Part shown: one piece after another, positions 10,377-20,052 of the stretch
How positions within the stretch are numbered: position 1 is the first letter of the stretch
Layout: the number at the start of each line of letters is the position of its first letter
Virus record (IMG/VR): IMGVR_UViG_3300024272_005753
Strand: one strand, 5' to 3'
DNA from: an uncultured virus (IMG/VR IMGVR_UViG_3300024272_005753)
Taxonomy: Duplodnaviria > Heunggongvirae > Uroviricota > Caudoviricetes
Length of the DNA: 64,000 nt
Notes under the pieces: model-generated
Databases searched by the model: none
What the model saw: only the letters and a program-made list of their open reading frames with translations
Told to the model about the DNA's origin: nothing
Made by a program: the position numbers and the translations under genes

Positions 10377-10832
10377 ATGAAGATTATTGACGACACTAAT
10401 TTCACAATTCAGGATTATAAGGATGCGCTTGGGTATTTAAAATATTTAAGTAAAGAACATCCCGAAATGTCTCAGGATTGCTTCGAGGATATAGATGCAA
10501 TCAAAAACATTTTGGAAGAAGCAGAGATTGAAAAGCTTGATAATATTCAGAGCAAGCGAAATAAACAACAGCGCAAAAGAAGAGAGTATTATAAGAAGAA
10601 GAAATTGTATGAGAATACAAAAAACTCTTGGGGTGCTCCTATTTACAAACATGAAGACGGTAGTTTGAGGCGTTGTAGTTGGGGAGAAAATAGAAAAAGA
10701 TTCTATAAAAAGCATAGCAATAGGTTAAATCGTAGAAATTCAAATAAAATGTTGAGAACTCTTGGTACATACGAATGTAGAAAAGGGAATCATTATCGTA
10801 GAGTTTTTGACTATGCTTGGGAAATAGATTAA
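10377..10832 (+). CDS. Basic hypothetical protein
   Basis: TAGACA-17-TATAAT promoter at 10290-10318; RBS; Arg/Lys-rich C-terminal half. Confidence 0.6.
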   Translation: MKIIDDTNFTIQDYKDALGYLKYLSKEHPEMSQDCFEDIDAIKNILEEAEIEKLDNIQSKRNKQQRKRREYYKKKKLYENTKNSWGAPIYKHEDGSLRRCSWGENRKRFYKKHSNRLNRRNSNKMLRTLGTYECRKGNHYRRVFDYAWEID

Positions 10833-10907
10833 ATCGTAGAGCGGCCATGTTGGCCGCTCTATTTGTATATATCAAAAAAGCGTCTGGAGACCCCAGACGC
10901 TTTAATA

Positions 10908-11942
10908 TTAATAGAGAACATAGCTACGACCGCCATCATAGGCCTTAACAAATTTTTCTCCTTCATTGGTCTTTTCAAGGTTTTCAAATAGACCCTTGGT
11001 GAATACCATGGAAACAATATCCGCCAGGAGCATTGCATGCTTAGTACGAGGAGTAATGGAAGGATTATATTCAAGCTTACTCTTGGAAGAAACAATCATA
11101 TGAATAAGTTCCTTTATGATATCGGAATTAACATCATAAGAATTGCCATCCTTGTCAGTTTTTCCTTCCATCTTCATTAACTCTCTGGTTATGATGTCTC
11201 TGGTTACCAAAGTGTCGTTATCAACGATGTTACTTTCTGTTTTTACGATGTTCCCACCTTCATCAAATTCGAGCATAAATGCTCGACCAACATTACAGAG
11301 AATCGCTCCCGCAAGCATTAGGTCCATATTAAACTTAGGAGAACTATCTCCAAAGTTAGAATTGAGAGCAGTTACTGTAGAATGAGTAAGATTAATTGTA
11401 TCCGCAATCATATTAATGATTCCATGTCTTTCATTATATGCAGAATGTTCGGTAGCGGGGTTTTCCATAATCTTTGCTACCGTTTCCTTGTTCTTATACA
11501 CTTCAAAGCAGAGCTTGTTTAGTGTTTTATCTTCAATTCGGGAAAGAGCGGCTTTCAGCTGTGCGGAGGACGTGTTCTTCTCTTCTTCTTTCTTTTCTTC
11601 GACTTCCTTTTTTTCTTCTTCGGAAAGAACTTCACAATGAATGTTGTGGATTTCAATTGCCTGATAGTTCTTTGTGCCAACAGTATTGGTTACAAACTTA
11701 ATATCTGCGACGCAAGGAATCTTCTGTCCGATGTGCTCTTCAAAAAATTTAAACAGCTTGTTACTAGGGAAAACCAACTGGTTAATAGAGTTTTTGCTAA
11801 CATCATCAGTAAGCTTCAGCAAAATATTAGAGTTGCTTTTCACAACTTCTATCTTGCCAGAAATCTGGACTAGAGCTCCGTCCTTAAATACCAGTTTGGA
11901 AGGTTCATATACAAGTTCTTTTTCCATAAACTTCTTAATCAT
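10908..11942 (-). CDS. Degenerate YhaM-like OB-fold + HD protein (probably catalytically inactive)
   Basis: Same layout as YhaM: PATEHSAYNERHGII, DLMLAGAILCNVGR (HD replaced by CN), LIHMIVSSK, PRTKHA. Confidence 0.6.
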   Translation of the reverse strand: MIKKFMEKELVYEPSKLVFKDGALVQISGKIEVVKSNSNILLKLTDDVSKNSINQLVFPSNKLFKFFEEHIGQKIPCVADIKFVTNTVGTKNYQAIEIHNIHCEVLSEEEKKEVEEKKEEEKNTSSAQLKAALSRIEDKTLNKLCFEVYKNKETVAKIMENPATEHSAYNERHGIINMIADTINLTHSTVTALNSNFGDSSPKFNMDLMLAGAILCNVGRAFMLEFDEGGNIVKTESNIVDNDTLVTRDIITRELMKMEGKTDKDGNSYDVNSDIIKELIHMIVSSKSKLEYNPSITPRTKHAMLLADIVSMVFTKGLFENLEKTNEGEKFVKAYDGGRSYVLY

Positions 11943-11959
11943 AACATATATCTCCTTTT

Positions 11960-12787
11960 TTATTTTCTAGGTTTGCGAACACTCTTATCAGAATCCCAAA
12001 CAGATACATTCTGTTTCTTTTGCTGAGAGTTTTGGTTTTTATTTTTAGTGTGATTGTTGGATTCCTTTTTAGGCGTTCTTTGAGTATCAGTCTGTACTCG
12101 ACTTGCAGGCTTTGTATATGGCTTATAGGCACTGCCATTATAGGTTGCGGGAGCCATATTAGGCATTCTCTTGCTTGTCTGTACATATTGAGTATTCTGT
12201 GCGTCTTCCGTAATTGGGATATCGGGAATTTGATTTGTAAGATTTTTTACCTTGTAGTGGTATTCCTTAATTGCAATATCTTTGGGGTATAAGAGCAATA
12301 CAGAAGGAAGAATTACTAAAATTATGCCAACAATCAAAATAGGGATTGTTATAGACTGTAAAGCTAAAATAAATAGGCCTTTGAAATCCCAAGAATTATT
12401 GATTAGATAAATCGCCATAGCTCCTAAAAATCGAGTCATTCCAGTATACATAATAATACAAAGAGAAATTAGACCGATTTTGTTGAGTTTTCTAGATTCG
12501 CTTGCAACTTCTTTAATTGTTGCTCGTCTTATCATTGGAACAATTCCACATCTTAAAACGATAAAGGATAGAGTCAAAAAGAAGTCAATTACAAGCCATC
12601 CATTATTTAAATATCCGTCATTTAACATTAATAGGCTCGATAGCACACCGAACAAAATACCAATTCTGGAGGTTGCATGGACGGCATTTACCAGACGAGG
12701 CTGGGAGTACGGCCAATTATATGTTTTTGAATTACTCTGTACATATTGAGGATTAAGATTTCTTTCCGCTAAATTACTCTTCTGCAC
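11960..12787 (-). CDS. Multi-pass membrane protein with basic polar tail
   Basis: About 4 hydrophobic segments; RBS AAGGAGG; TTGATA-17-TATTAT promoter at 12824-12852. Confidence 0.65.
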   Translation of the reverse strand: MQKSNLAERNLNPQYVQSNSKTYNWPYSQPRLVNAVHATSRIGILFGVLSSLLMLNDGYLNNGWLVIDFFLTLSFIVLRCGIVPMIRRATIKEVASESRKLNKIGLISLCIIMYTGMTRFLGAMAIYLINNSWDFKGLFILALQSITIPILIVGIILVILPSVLLLYPKDIAIKEYHYKVKNLTNQIPDIPITEDAQNTQYVQTSKRMPNMAPATYNGSAYKPYTKPASRVQTDTQRTPKKESNNHTKNKNQNSQQKKQNVSVWDSDKSVRKPRK

Positions 12788-12924
12788 TTCCGAGTCCTCC
12801 TTTACTTACTTAATTACAAATATATAATAACATATTTTTAAAAGAATATCAAGTCTTTTCTATTGATTTTTTTAAAAAAATGTGATATGATATAATAAAT
12901 ATATTGATTGCGGGAGGTAAATCC

Positions 12925-13530
12925 GTGGAGATAATTGCTTTGGGAGCTGGAGTATTATTATATCAAATATTCTGGTACTTGTTTATAAAAGACTTTAAAG
13001 TAAAAAATATGTGGTACATAATATCTGTTGCTTTAACATTTGTTATTTTGGGAGGGTATTATTATTTCCACAATGGGATTGGGATTGAATTATTACCATA
13101 TGCTTTAAATTTAGTAATTTTGATAAATTTATCAATTATTGATTGCGAATATTTTGAAATATCTGGCAAGAGCTATTGGTATTTATTTTTCCCGACAATT
13201 GCTATTCTTATACTTAATTATCCAATAATGCTAGAGCATTTAATATCTTTTATAATAATCTTTTCAATATTTTGGATAATAGATAAGATAGTGGGGGTAG
13301 AAAAAATAGGTGGAGCGGATGTAAAGATATTAATGATATTGGCATTAACGGTATCATTTTTTGATTCCATTACACTACTTGGATTATCTTTTGTATTTGA
13401 TGTATTCTTTTTTATGGTGAAATTTCCAATAGATAAAATACGTGGGAAGACTGAGAGAACAAAAATACCAATGATTGTGTCTATAACTCTTGCCTGGATA
13501 ATTGCTTCTCTGATGAATTTTACAATATAA
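12925..13530 (+). CDS. Prepilin peptidase, family A24
   Basis: Polytopic membrane protein with SIIDCEY and IGGADVK aspartate motifs and late KIPMIVSI; GTG after GGGAGG. Confidence 0.75.
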   Translation: MEIIALGAGVLLYQIFWYLFIKDFKVKNMWYIISVALTFVILGGYYYFHNGIGIELLPYALNLVILINLSIIDCEYFEISGKSYWYLFFPTIAILILNYPIMLEHLISFIIIFSIFWIIDKIVGVEKIGGADVKILMILALTVSFFDSITLLGLSFVFDVFFFMVKFPIDKIRGKTERTKIPMIVSITLAWIIASLMNFTI

Positions 13531-13578
13531 AAATAAAACCCTGGAGAATATTCTCCAGGGTTTTTGTTATTGAAAAAA

Positions 13579-13767
13579 TTAGGCAAAAGAAACATTTGAA
13601 AATTCGCCTGCAAAATAGGTACAAACAACATATGCAGAATTACCAACTGGCAAATCTCTGTCAGACTTTATGACTATCATTCTTCTATTTGGCATCCTTA
13701 TAAAATATTCAAAACCCTTTTCAAGTGGTTTTTTACTTATGATTTCAACTTTTCGAATATCATTCAT
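13579..13767 (-). CDS. Small hypothetical protein
   Basis: RBS AAAGGAG; ends at the shared terminator 13535-13565. Confidence 0.5.
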   Translation of the reverse strand: MNDIRKVEIISKKPLEKGFEYFIRMPNRRMIVIKSDRDLPVGNSAYVVCTYFAGEFSNVSFA

Positions 13768-13893
13768 AATAAAAACTCCTTTTCTCAATATCTGTAATTA
13801 TTATATTTTGTATTCTTTGAAAGTATAATTAAAATAATATATAAGGAATTTTTTAAGTTTGTCTAATAAAGTAATAAAAGGAGATGATAGAGG

Positions 13894-14529
13894 ATGAATA
13901 TAAAACGAATATCTCTGATTTTTATGATAATAATATTAAGTATCGTATTTTCGATTAATGCAGCCGCTACTTGCGGAGGAGCTATGTCAGAAGCTGAAAG
14001 TTATTACAGCGTTTATAATGTAAAAATAGATATTTTAGCTGCTGGGCCAAAATATCCAGATGTGGGACAAAGTGAAATAAGCGAGGTAGACTCTGCATGG
14101 AGCCATTCTACTGGGAAAACTGCATCAAACACAAGCAAAAATGATTTTGGTTACGCTATTACATACGTAATGGAAAATGGAACAATTTGTAACTTATATG
14201 CGGAGTCTGTTCCAGATAATTTTGGTATTTGGAACACGGATATTGTTATTAATGATGGGCGAGTAGTTGTTACTGGAGTAGATGGTGATGACCAAAGTGC
14301 GTGGAATTTGATTTATAGTAAGTACAAAGGAGTAATCGTAGGAATTGCAGGATTAGGTACCATTACTTGTGTTTTAGCATTTGTAATATTCTTTATGAAA
14401 ATGGGAGCTACATCTGGCAATCCTGCAGAGCGCTCTAAGTGTTTAACTATGCTTCTGTTTACAGGCGCTGGTGCTGCTGGGTTGGGTGCTGTAACATTGA
14501 TTTTCGGATTCTTCTGGAATCTAATATAA
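13894..14529 (+). CDS. Secreted protein with C-terminal pilin-like (VirB2/TrbC-type) double hydrophobic helix
   Basis: Signal peptide; two C-terminal hydrophobic helices separated by GNPAERSK. Confidence 0.45.
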   Translation: MNIKRISLIFMIIILSIVFSINAAATCGGAMSEAESYYSVYNVKIDILAAGPKYPDVGQSEISEVDSAWSHSTGKTASNTSKNDFGYAITYVMENGTICNLYAESVPDNFGIWNTDIVINDGRVVVTGVDGDDQSAWNLIYSKYKGVIVGIAGLGTITCVLAFVIFFMKMGATSGNPAERSKCLTMLLFTGAGAAGLGAVTLIFGFFWNLI

Positions 14530-14788
14530 AAAAGAAAAGACTTGAACGGCTGTTCAAGTCTTTTTTGTTTTGCTCCCGCCCACAAACAAAACGTGATACA
14601 TGCCAACACACAGTCCAAGTATCCCCATCATAATTTATATTCTTTACCATTGTTAATCTATATATAAATTATATGAAGCTTTTCGATATAATATAATTAT
14701 TGTATTAACTGCTTTTTATTGATTTTTTTATGACAAATAAAATATGATAATATTAAGTTTTAGTATATTTGGCTAAGGAGGTTTTTCG

Positions 14789-17017
14789 ATGAACGAAAAT
14801 ATGAAAATACTTTCTGAGATAGCAAATGAATTTTTAGCTTCTGGAGATATTTATGACTTAGATAAAAATAAGAGTGAAATTTTATTTCCATTCTTTGAAG
14901 AAATCTTGGGCTATGATGCACTTGCTGTCGGAGATATAGTAGTTGCCCCTGCGTATACATCTGATGGTACGTATAAACTAGATTATGGATTAAGAAGCAA
15001 TACTCCTGGTGTTTATAAAAGCTGTTTTAAAGTTATAAATAGGGGCGAAAAATTTGAAGACCATGTTCAAAATATTAAAAAGTGTTTGGTCATGGCAGAA
15101 ACAGAATTTGTTGTTGTTACGGACTGTTTCGAATATAAATTTTATGCATATGACGATACAAGAGAAGATATCATAGATATTGGTTTCTATTCTTTAATTA
15201 ATCCCGAAGAGTGCGATTATGGTTTAATTCCATTGATTGAATGTCCAAAAGAAAGAACTCCAAAGCAGGAGTTTGCAGTTAGAGATGATGAACCAGAAGA
15301 CGCTGGATTGAATATTGTTGAAGAACCATATGAACCACCTGTTATTCCAAAGAAAAAGGCTGCGCCAAAGAAGAAGAAAAAAACAGACAAGAAAATATTT
15401 ATTATTGGTGGAGTAATTATTGCTTTGTTAGTATTAATTATAATTCTTGCATTTGCAACTAGGGATGAAGAAGGTAATTTCTTTAGCGAGTTCCCATTAA
15501 TTGGCAGTCAAAGCGGAATAGAAAAAGGGCAATTAGATGGTAAGCTGACAATAGATGTTAGTATGGATTCTGTTGTTTCTATGGGGATATATTCTAGAAA
15601 TATTCCTGCTGGCGGGGTTATTAAATTTGAATTAACATCTGGGACTTATCAAGATGCTGTTTATGGCAGTATTGGCAATGACGGTAATGCATATGCAAGT
15701 TTTACGATTCCTGCTTTTTGGGATGAAGAAACTATAACCGTAATTGCTTATTTAAGATTTGATGAGGGTAGCTATGCTCAGCCTAGCAATATAAAAGCTG
15801 AATTTGGAGAAATTGGTGAAAAAATTATTGGCAAAGAAGGGGCTCCCGATAAATTTGCTATAACTTATGGAACCATTACTCATAATAGCCAGGCTGTAAA
15901 AGATAAGCTAGCTGCTGAATTATTAGAAAAAGAAAAGAGAGAAAGAGCTGAAAGGCTTAAAGTTTTTGGGGCTTTGAACATTCGGGTTGATAGTATTGGA
16001 AACTGGAAAATATTACCTGCAGAATATGATATGAATGAGTCTAACATTACAAAGAGTGTAAATATTTATCCTCAAGTATTCTATAATGCATCTGAAAATG
16101 CTCCTTACTTCTATTTAGTTTGTGGGGACCTAAAAGCTAATCCAATATTATTCACTGATATTATCTTCTATGCAGACGGTTATCAGTGGGCTTATGAAAT
16201 TCCTAATGACATTAAAGAAGTTTCAGTAAATAATGGCGTTTGGAAAGAATGGGCATATTTAGATAACTACGATTTCCCTGATATTGTTGATAAGGCAAAA
16301 CTTTTGGGAAGCTCTGATGTAAGCAAAATTACATTTAAGGGAAATCAGATAGTTGAGCATGTACTATCTCAGGGAGAAAAGAATAATATTCTTACAATGA
16401 TTGGTGCATATAGTACTTATTTCAATATCGGAAGCGCTCCTAAATCTGAGTGGTATGTTGAGTATATGGAAAGCAAAAATCCAAATAGTAATAAAGACAA
16501 CCAAAGTGGTAGTACAAATATAAGTTCTAATATAGCTTTAAATTATATTAAAAAGCCTGTATCCGTATTTGAAAGAGAAAGCGCTGCAGAGAAAGAATTA
16601 AATACTTTATTATTAGATATTCAAAACAAGAGATTACAGGGGCAAACCGTAAGCGCTGCCGAAGAAGCTCAATTAGAAATTTATATGAATAGATATAAGG
16701 TTTTAAGTGAAGAACTAATTGAAAAACTGTTTTCAGAAATTGTGATAGCTCAAGGAACATTAACTGAAGAACCTGAGTTTGATAAATTGGATAGTGGATA
16801 CTACAAGTTCTATTTTGAATACAATACTCCTTCTGCGAAAATTGAAAATGGGTATTTAAGTGAGTTGTATTTACTGCCTAATCAAACAGTTTATATTCCT
16901 ATTAAAAGTGTAATAACTCCTGAAGATAAGGCTTATGCTTCATTTAAGATGAGTAATCAAACGTATAAAGATTTATTATATTTCATATCTACAACTGATT
17001 ACGATATTGTTTCATAA
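14789..17017 (+). CDS. Bitopic membrane protein with a degenerate HsdR_N-like nuclease domain at the N-terminus
   Basis: LFPFFEEILGYD...KLDYGL...HVQ...VVVTDCFEYKFY resembles the type I restriction R-subunit N-terminal domain; basic patch and TM helix near aa 190-225; large C-terminal region. Confidence 0.5.
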   Translation: MNENMKILSEIANEFLASGDIYDLDKNKSEILFPFFEEILGYDALAVGDIVVAPAYTSDGTYKLDYGLRSNTPGVYKSCFKVINRGEKFEDHVQNIKKCLVMAETEFVVVTDCFEYKFYAYDDTREDIIDIGFYSLINPEECDYGLIPLIECPKERTPKQEFAVRDDEPEDAGLNIVEEPYEPPVIPKKKAAPKKKKKTDKKIFIIGGVIIALLVLIIILAFATRDEEGNFFSEFPLIGSQSGIEKGQLDGKLTIDVSMDSVVSMGIYSRNIPAGGVIKFELTSGTYQDAVYGSIGNDGNAYASFTIPAFWDEETITVIAYLRFDEGSYAQPSNIKAEFGEIGEKIIGKEGAPDKFAITYGTITHNSQAVKDKLAAELLEKEKRERAERLKVFGALNIRVDSIGNWKILPAEYDMNESNITKSVNIYPQVFYNASENAPYFYLVCGDLKANPILFTDIIFYADGYQWAYEIPNDIKEVSVNNGVWKEWAYLDNYDFPDIVDKAKLLGSSDVSKITFKGNQIVEHVLSQGEKNNILTMIGAYSTYFNIGSAPKSEWYVEYMESKNPNSNKDNQSGSTNISSNIALNYIKKPVSVFERESAAEKELNTLLLDIQNKRLQGQTVSAAEEAQLEIYMNRYKVLSEELIEKLFSEIVIAQGTLTEEPEFDKLDSGYYKFYFEYNTPSAKIENGYLSELYLLPNQTVYIPIKSVITPEDKAYASFKMSNQTYKDLLYFISTTDYDIVS

Positions 17018-17062
17018 AAAACAAAAATACCAGCGATTATCGCTGGTATTTTTGTTATTCAA

Positions 17063-18142
17063 TTAATATCTAACTATAGTATATTCATCTTTGATTAATA
17101 CTATTAATGCATTTAAATATTCAAATGCCATAGAGTTTTCATATCTCTGCAAATAATATCTTGTTGCGGATAAATATTTGTTTTCTCTCATTCCTCGAGC
17201 TTTTAATGATGCGTCTGCTTTCAGAACAAGGTTTGTACCTATTCCATTTTTGTTGGTAATGAGAGTTTCTATAGTCTGAAAATCTCTGATTTTTAATAAT
17301 TCTGCAATATCCAATATTTGTATCAATGCACTTTTGACTAGCACTTGAGAATCTGTAGAAAGTTCAGACACCTTACTAAATAATTCGAGATAATTAGTTC
17401 TTGTTTTTTCAAGTGAAATATCTTCTGGGTCAGCCAAAAATTTAAGTTTTTTTGTGCTTGCAGTATAAGTGTTTATCATCTTAGATAATTCATCTTTAAG
17501 ATTATACTTATCAACATCAATATTTTTTACATATTGGTTAATTGGAAGTGTGGTGTCAGAATTTAAGTATTCTTCCTTAAGCTTTTTTACATTTTCTTTT
17601 ATGTCTTCATTATTAAATGTTTTTGTATCTTCAGGGGTAACTCTATTAAAAGAAGACAAATATTCTGGGATAAAATGTTCGAAATTTTCAAAATCAAACT
17701 GTGGTTTATTTTTCTCAACTGGCTTTGTTGGGGTTTTATTGAATTGGATTACGATATTTTGTCCATTTGCGGGGATATTAACAGAAGATGATACTTGCCA
17801 TCCATCCTTCACTTTGGTTACTAAGTTTTTTGCTTGTAGTTCAGTCATAATATTTGCGAGCATATTTCTAGAGATTTGAAGGTCATTGATAATCGTATCA
17901 TATGTTCCAACGTAAACACCCTCATCGTTTGAATGGTTAAGCAAATACAGTAAAATGTCAATGCTTTTATCATTTAGGTTTGTAGCTAAAGACAAATATG
18001 TCTTTAAAAAGCCGTTTGGTGAAAAATTTTTCTGAATGACCGTGGGAGAAGCAATCAGATTTTTGGTTAGATTTGCAAAATTATTAAAGAATGTTTCGTC
18101 AATACCTTCAAGTAGAGAATTATAAAAGTCATTATTATTCAT
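17063..18142 (-). CDS. Winged-helix DNA-binding protein, RepL-like N-terminal domain
   Basis: ILLYLLNHSN...TYDTIINDLQISRNMLANIMTELQAKNLVTK...GW resembles the Firmicute plasmid RepL wHTH. Confidence 0.5.
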   Translation of the reverse strand: MNNNDFYNSLLEGIDETFFNNFANLTKNLIASPTVIQKNFSPNGFLKTYLSLATNLNDKSIDILLYLLNHSNDEGVYVGTYDTIINDLQISRNMLANIMTELQAKNLVTKVKDGWQVSSSVNIPANGQNIVIQFNKTPTKPVEKNKPQFDFENFEHFIPEYLSSFNRVTPEDTKTFNNEDIKENVKKLKEEYLNSDTTLPINQYVKNIDVDKYNLKDELSKMINTYTASTKKLKFLADPEDISLEKTRTNYLELFSKVSELSTDSQVLVKSALIQILDIAELLKIRDFQTIETLITNKNGIGTNLVLKADASLKARGMRENKYLSATRYYLQRYENSMAFEYLNALIVLIKDEYTIVRY

Positions 18143-18290
18143 TGTGAATACTCCTTTACATTTTAGTTTATTTTTTATATACTATATAGTATCATACAGT
18201 ATTCTTTTTTAAAACTAAAAAATGCTCGAGAGTTTATTTTTTAAAACTAAAACAGAAAAAGACCTGAATCGAATGATTCAGGTCTTTCTT

Positions 18291-19238
18291 TTAGAGAATT
18301 TCGCGGAGAGCTTTCTTGGCTGCAGGGGTCTGCAGCTTTTCAAGGGCCTTCTTGTAGAGCTGACCGATACGCTGCTTAGAAACACCATATCTTTCTGCCA
18401 GTTCATCAAAGGTTTCCTTCTGGCCACAGAAGCCAAAATGGCAGGCGAGAATATCGGTTTCTCGGTCGGTGCAATGCTGCTTAATAAGTCTGAGGATACA
18501 CTGGGTACGTTCGTCCTTAAGGTAGTTACCTTCGACGTCCTCATTCTCATCTACAACCGTCTTTCCGATAGAATCCTTATCGTCGTTGCCTTCGTAATCG
18601 AGGCTCAGAACTTCGGAATTCTTCTTCGCGGCCATGGCTTTCTTGATGTCAGAAACCTTTAGGCCCGTTGCCTTAGCCAAATCCTTATCGGTGTATTCGA
18701 TATTGGCAAGTTCAAATTCGCGCTGTGCGTTATTGATTTTGCCAATCATCTCAACCATATATACAGGAAGTCTCATTGCAGAGGTATTTTCCTGCAGACA
18801 GCGCCTTACGGTAGCAGTACACCACCATGTAGCGTATGTACCGAAGGTGTAGCCCTTAGCGGGGTCAAAGCGGTCCACGGCCTTTACAAGGCCCAGATTG
18901 CTTTCCTGGACGAGGTCCAGAAGAGGTACGCCTCGGTTCTGATACTTCTTGGCGATGCAAAAGGCTAGACGTAGGTTATGCTGAATAACCTTATTCTTTG
19001 CCTCTGCTGTGCCCTCCTTGATGAGTGCGGCAACTTCCTGCTTAGAAAGCAGAGGATACCGTCCGATTTCTCTCAGGTAGGACTTAACAGCATCTACGCT
19101 GTAAGAGTCGGCTACAATCTCTTCGGACATTTCTTCCTCAGAGACTTCTTCTACACTGTCGAGATTCATCTCATCGTCAGTGGTTTCCATAATGTCCTTT
19201 GCCATCTCTTCGATGTCATAGTTAGCTTTTCGGCTCAT
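18291..19238 (-). CDS. RNA polymerase sigma70-family factor (RpoD/SigA-like, divergent)
   Basis: Region 1.2 DAVKSYLREIGRYPLL; region 2 DLVQESNLGLVKAVDRFDP...TYATWW; region 4 HTH TFDELAERYGVSKQRIGQL. Confidence 0.9.
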   Translation of the reverse strand: MSRKANYDIEEMAKDIMETTDDEMNLDSVEEVSEEEMSEEIVADSYSVDAVKSYLREIGRYPLLSKQEVAALIKEGTAEAKNKVIQHNLRLAFCIAKKYQNRGVPLLDLVQESNLGLVKAVDRFDPAKGYTFGTYATWWCTATVRRCLQENTSAMRLPVYMVEMIGKINNAQREFELANIEYTDKDLAKATGLKVSDIKKAMAAKKNSEVLSLDYEGNDDKDSIGKTVVDENEDVEGNYLKDERTQCILRLIKQHCTDRETDILACHFGFCGQKETFDELAERYGVSKQRIGQLYKKALEKLQTPAAKKALREIL

Positions 19239-19270
19239 ATTTTTTCCTCCTTGTTTTTTTCCTTTGTTTT

Positions 19271-19936
19271 TTATTCATCTGCTACAGAGTTCTTAGCAAG
19301 GCTAAGAATCATATCCACTACGTCACGGTGGTCGAGCAGAGTGGGGTATGGACGAATTTTGAAAGACATTGCTTTCTTGATTGGGATGCCACCTGCATCA
19401 CGCCAAGCATTTAGATTGCCTTTCCAGTCGTCAATAAGAAAGGCACGCTTAAGAGAATTAAGCTGAGTTTTCTTCATTGCATACTCTGCTTTGTTGTCTC
19501 CTACATTGCAGAAAAGCATTTGCTTGTTTGTGATGAAAGGCATATGTTCTTTCAGTGCAGCTTTCTTTTCATCTTTACAATGTGCAGTTTGTACACATGC
19601 AGACAGAATGAAAATACGCACACCAATCAACTGCAACGCCTCATAAATTGCGATGTTCTTCATCGGGTCCAGATTTCTGTAAAAACCTTCATCAAACATT
19701 CTTTCAAGGACGTCTACGTCATTGGATTTCCCGTAGGAAAATCTGAATAACGTATTATCCATATCCAAGAACACTGTAACGTTGGATATCCAACTTTGGT
19801 TTGCGATAATCTGTGCGACGAACTGAGATTTGTCGATGGGTTTGTATATGCCAAAAACGACAGAAATTCTATCAAGAACATCATATTTTGCCAAAATATC
19901 GTATGCCCGCTCAAACTTTTTAGTTTGAATTACCAT
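19271..19936 (-). CDS. HAD-family 5'(3')-deoxyribonucleotidase-like protein
   Basis: FLDMDNTL, FYRNLDP, ILSAC and LIDD motifs; TTGTAT-17-TATAAT promoter upstream. Confidence 0.7.
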   Translation of the reverse strand: MVIQTKKFERAYDILAKYDVLDRISVVFGIYKPIDKSQFVAQIIANQSWISNVTVFLDMDNTLFRFSYGKSNDVDVLERMFDEGFYRNLDPMKNIAIYEALQLIGVRIFILSACVQTAHCKDEKKAALKEHMPFITNKQMLFCNVGDNKAEYAMKKTQLNSLKRAFLIDDWKGNLNAWRDAGGIPIKKAMSFKIRPYPTLLDHRDVVDMILSLAKNSVADE

Positions 19937-20052
19937 TTCTTTTTCCTCCCTTTGTGTATTCTTATTTATATTATATCATATTTCAAAACAAAATACAATA
20001 TTAAAAATATAAAAACCTTCTCAGTTAAGAGAAGGTTTTTTCGTTTAATATG

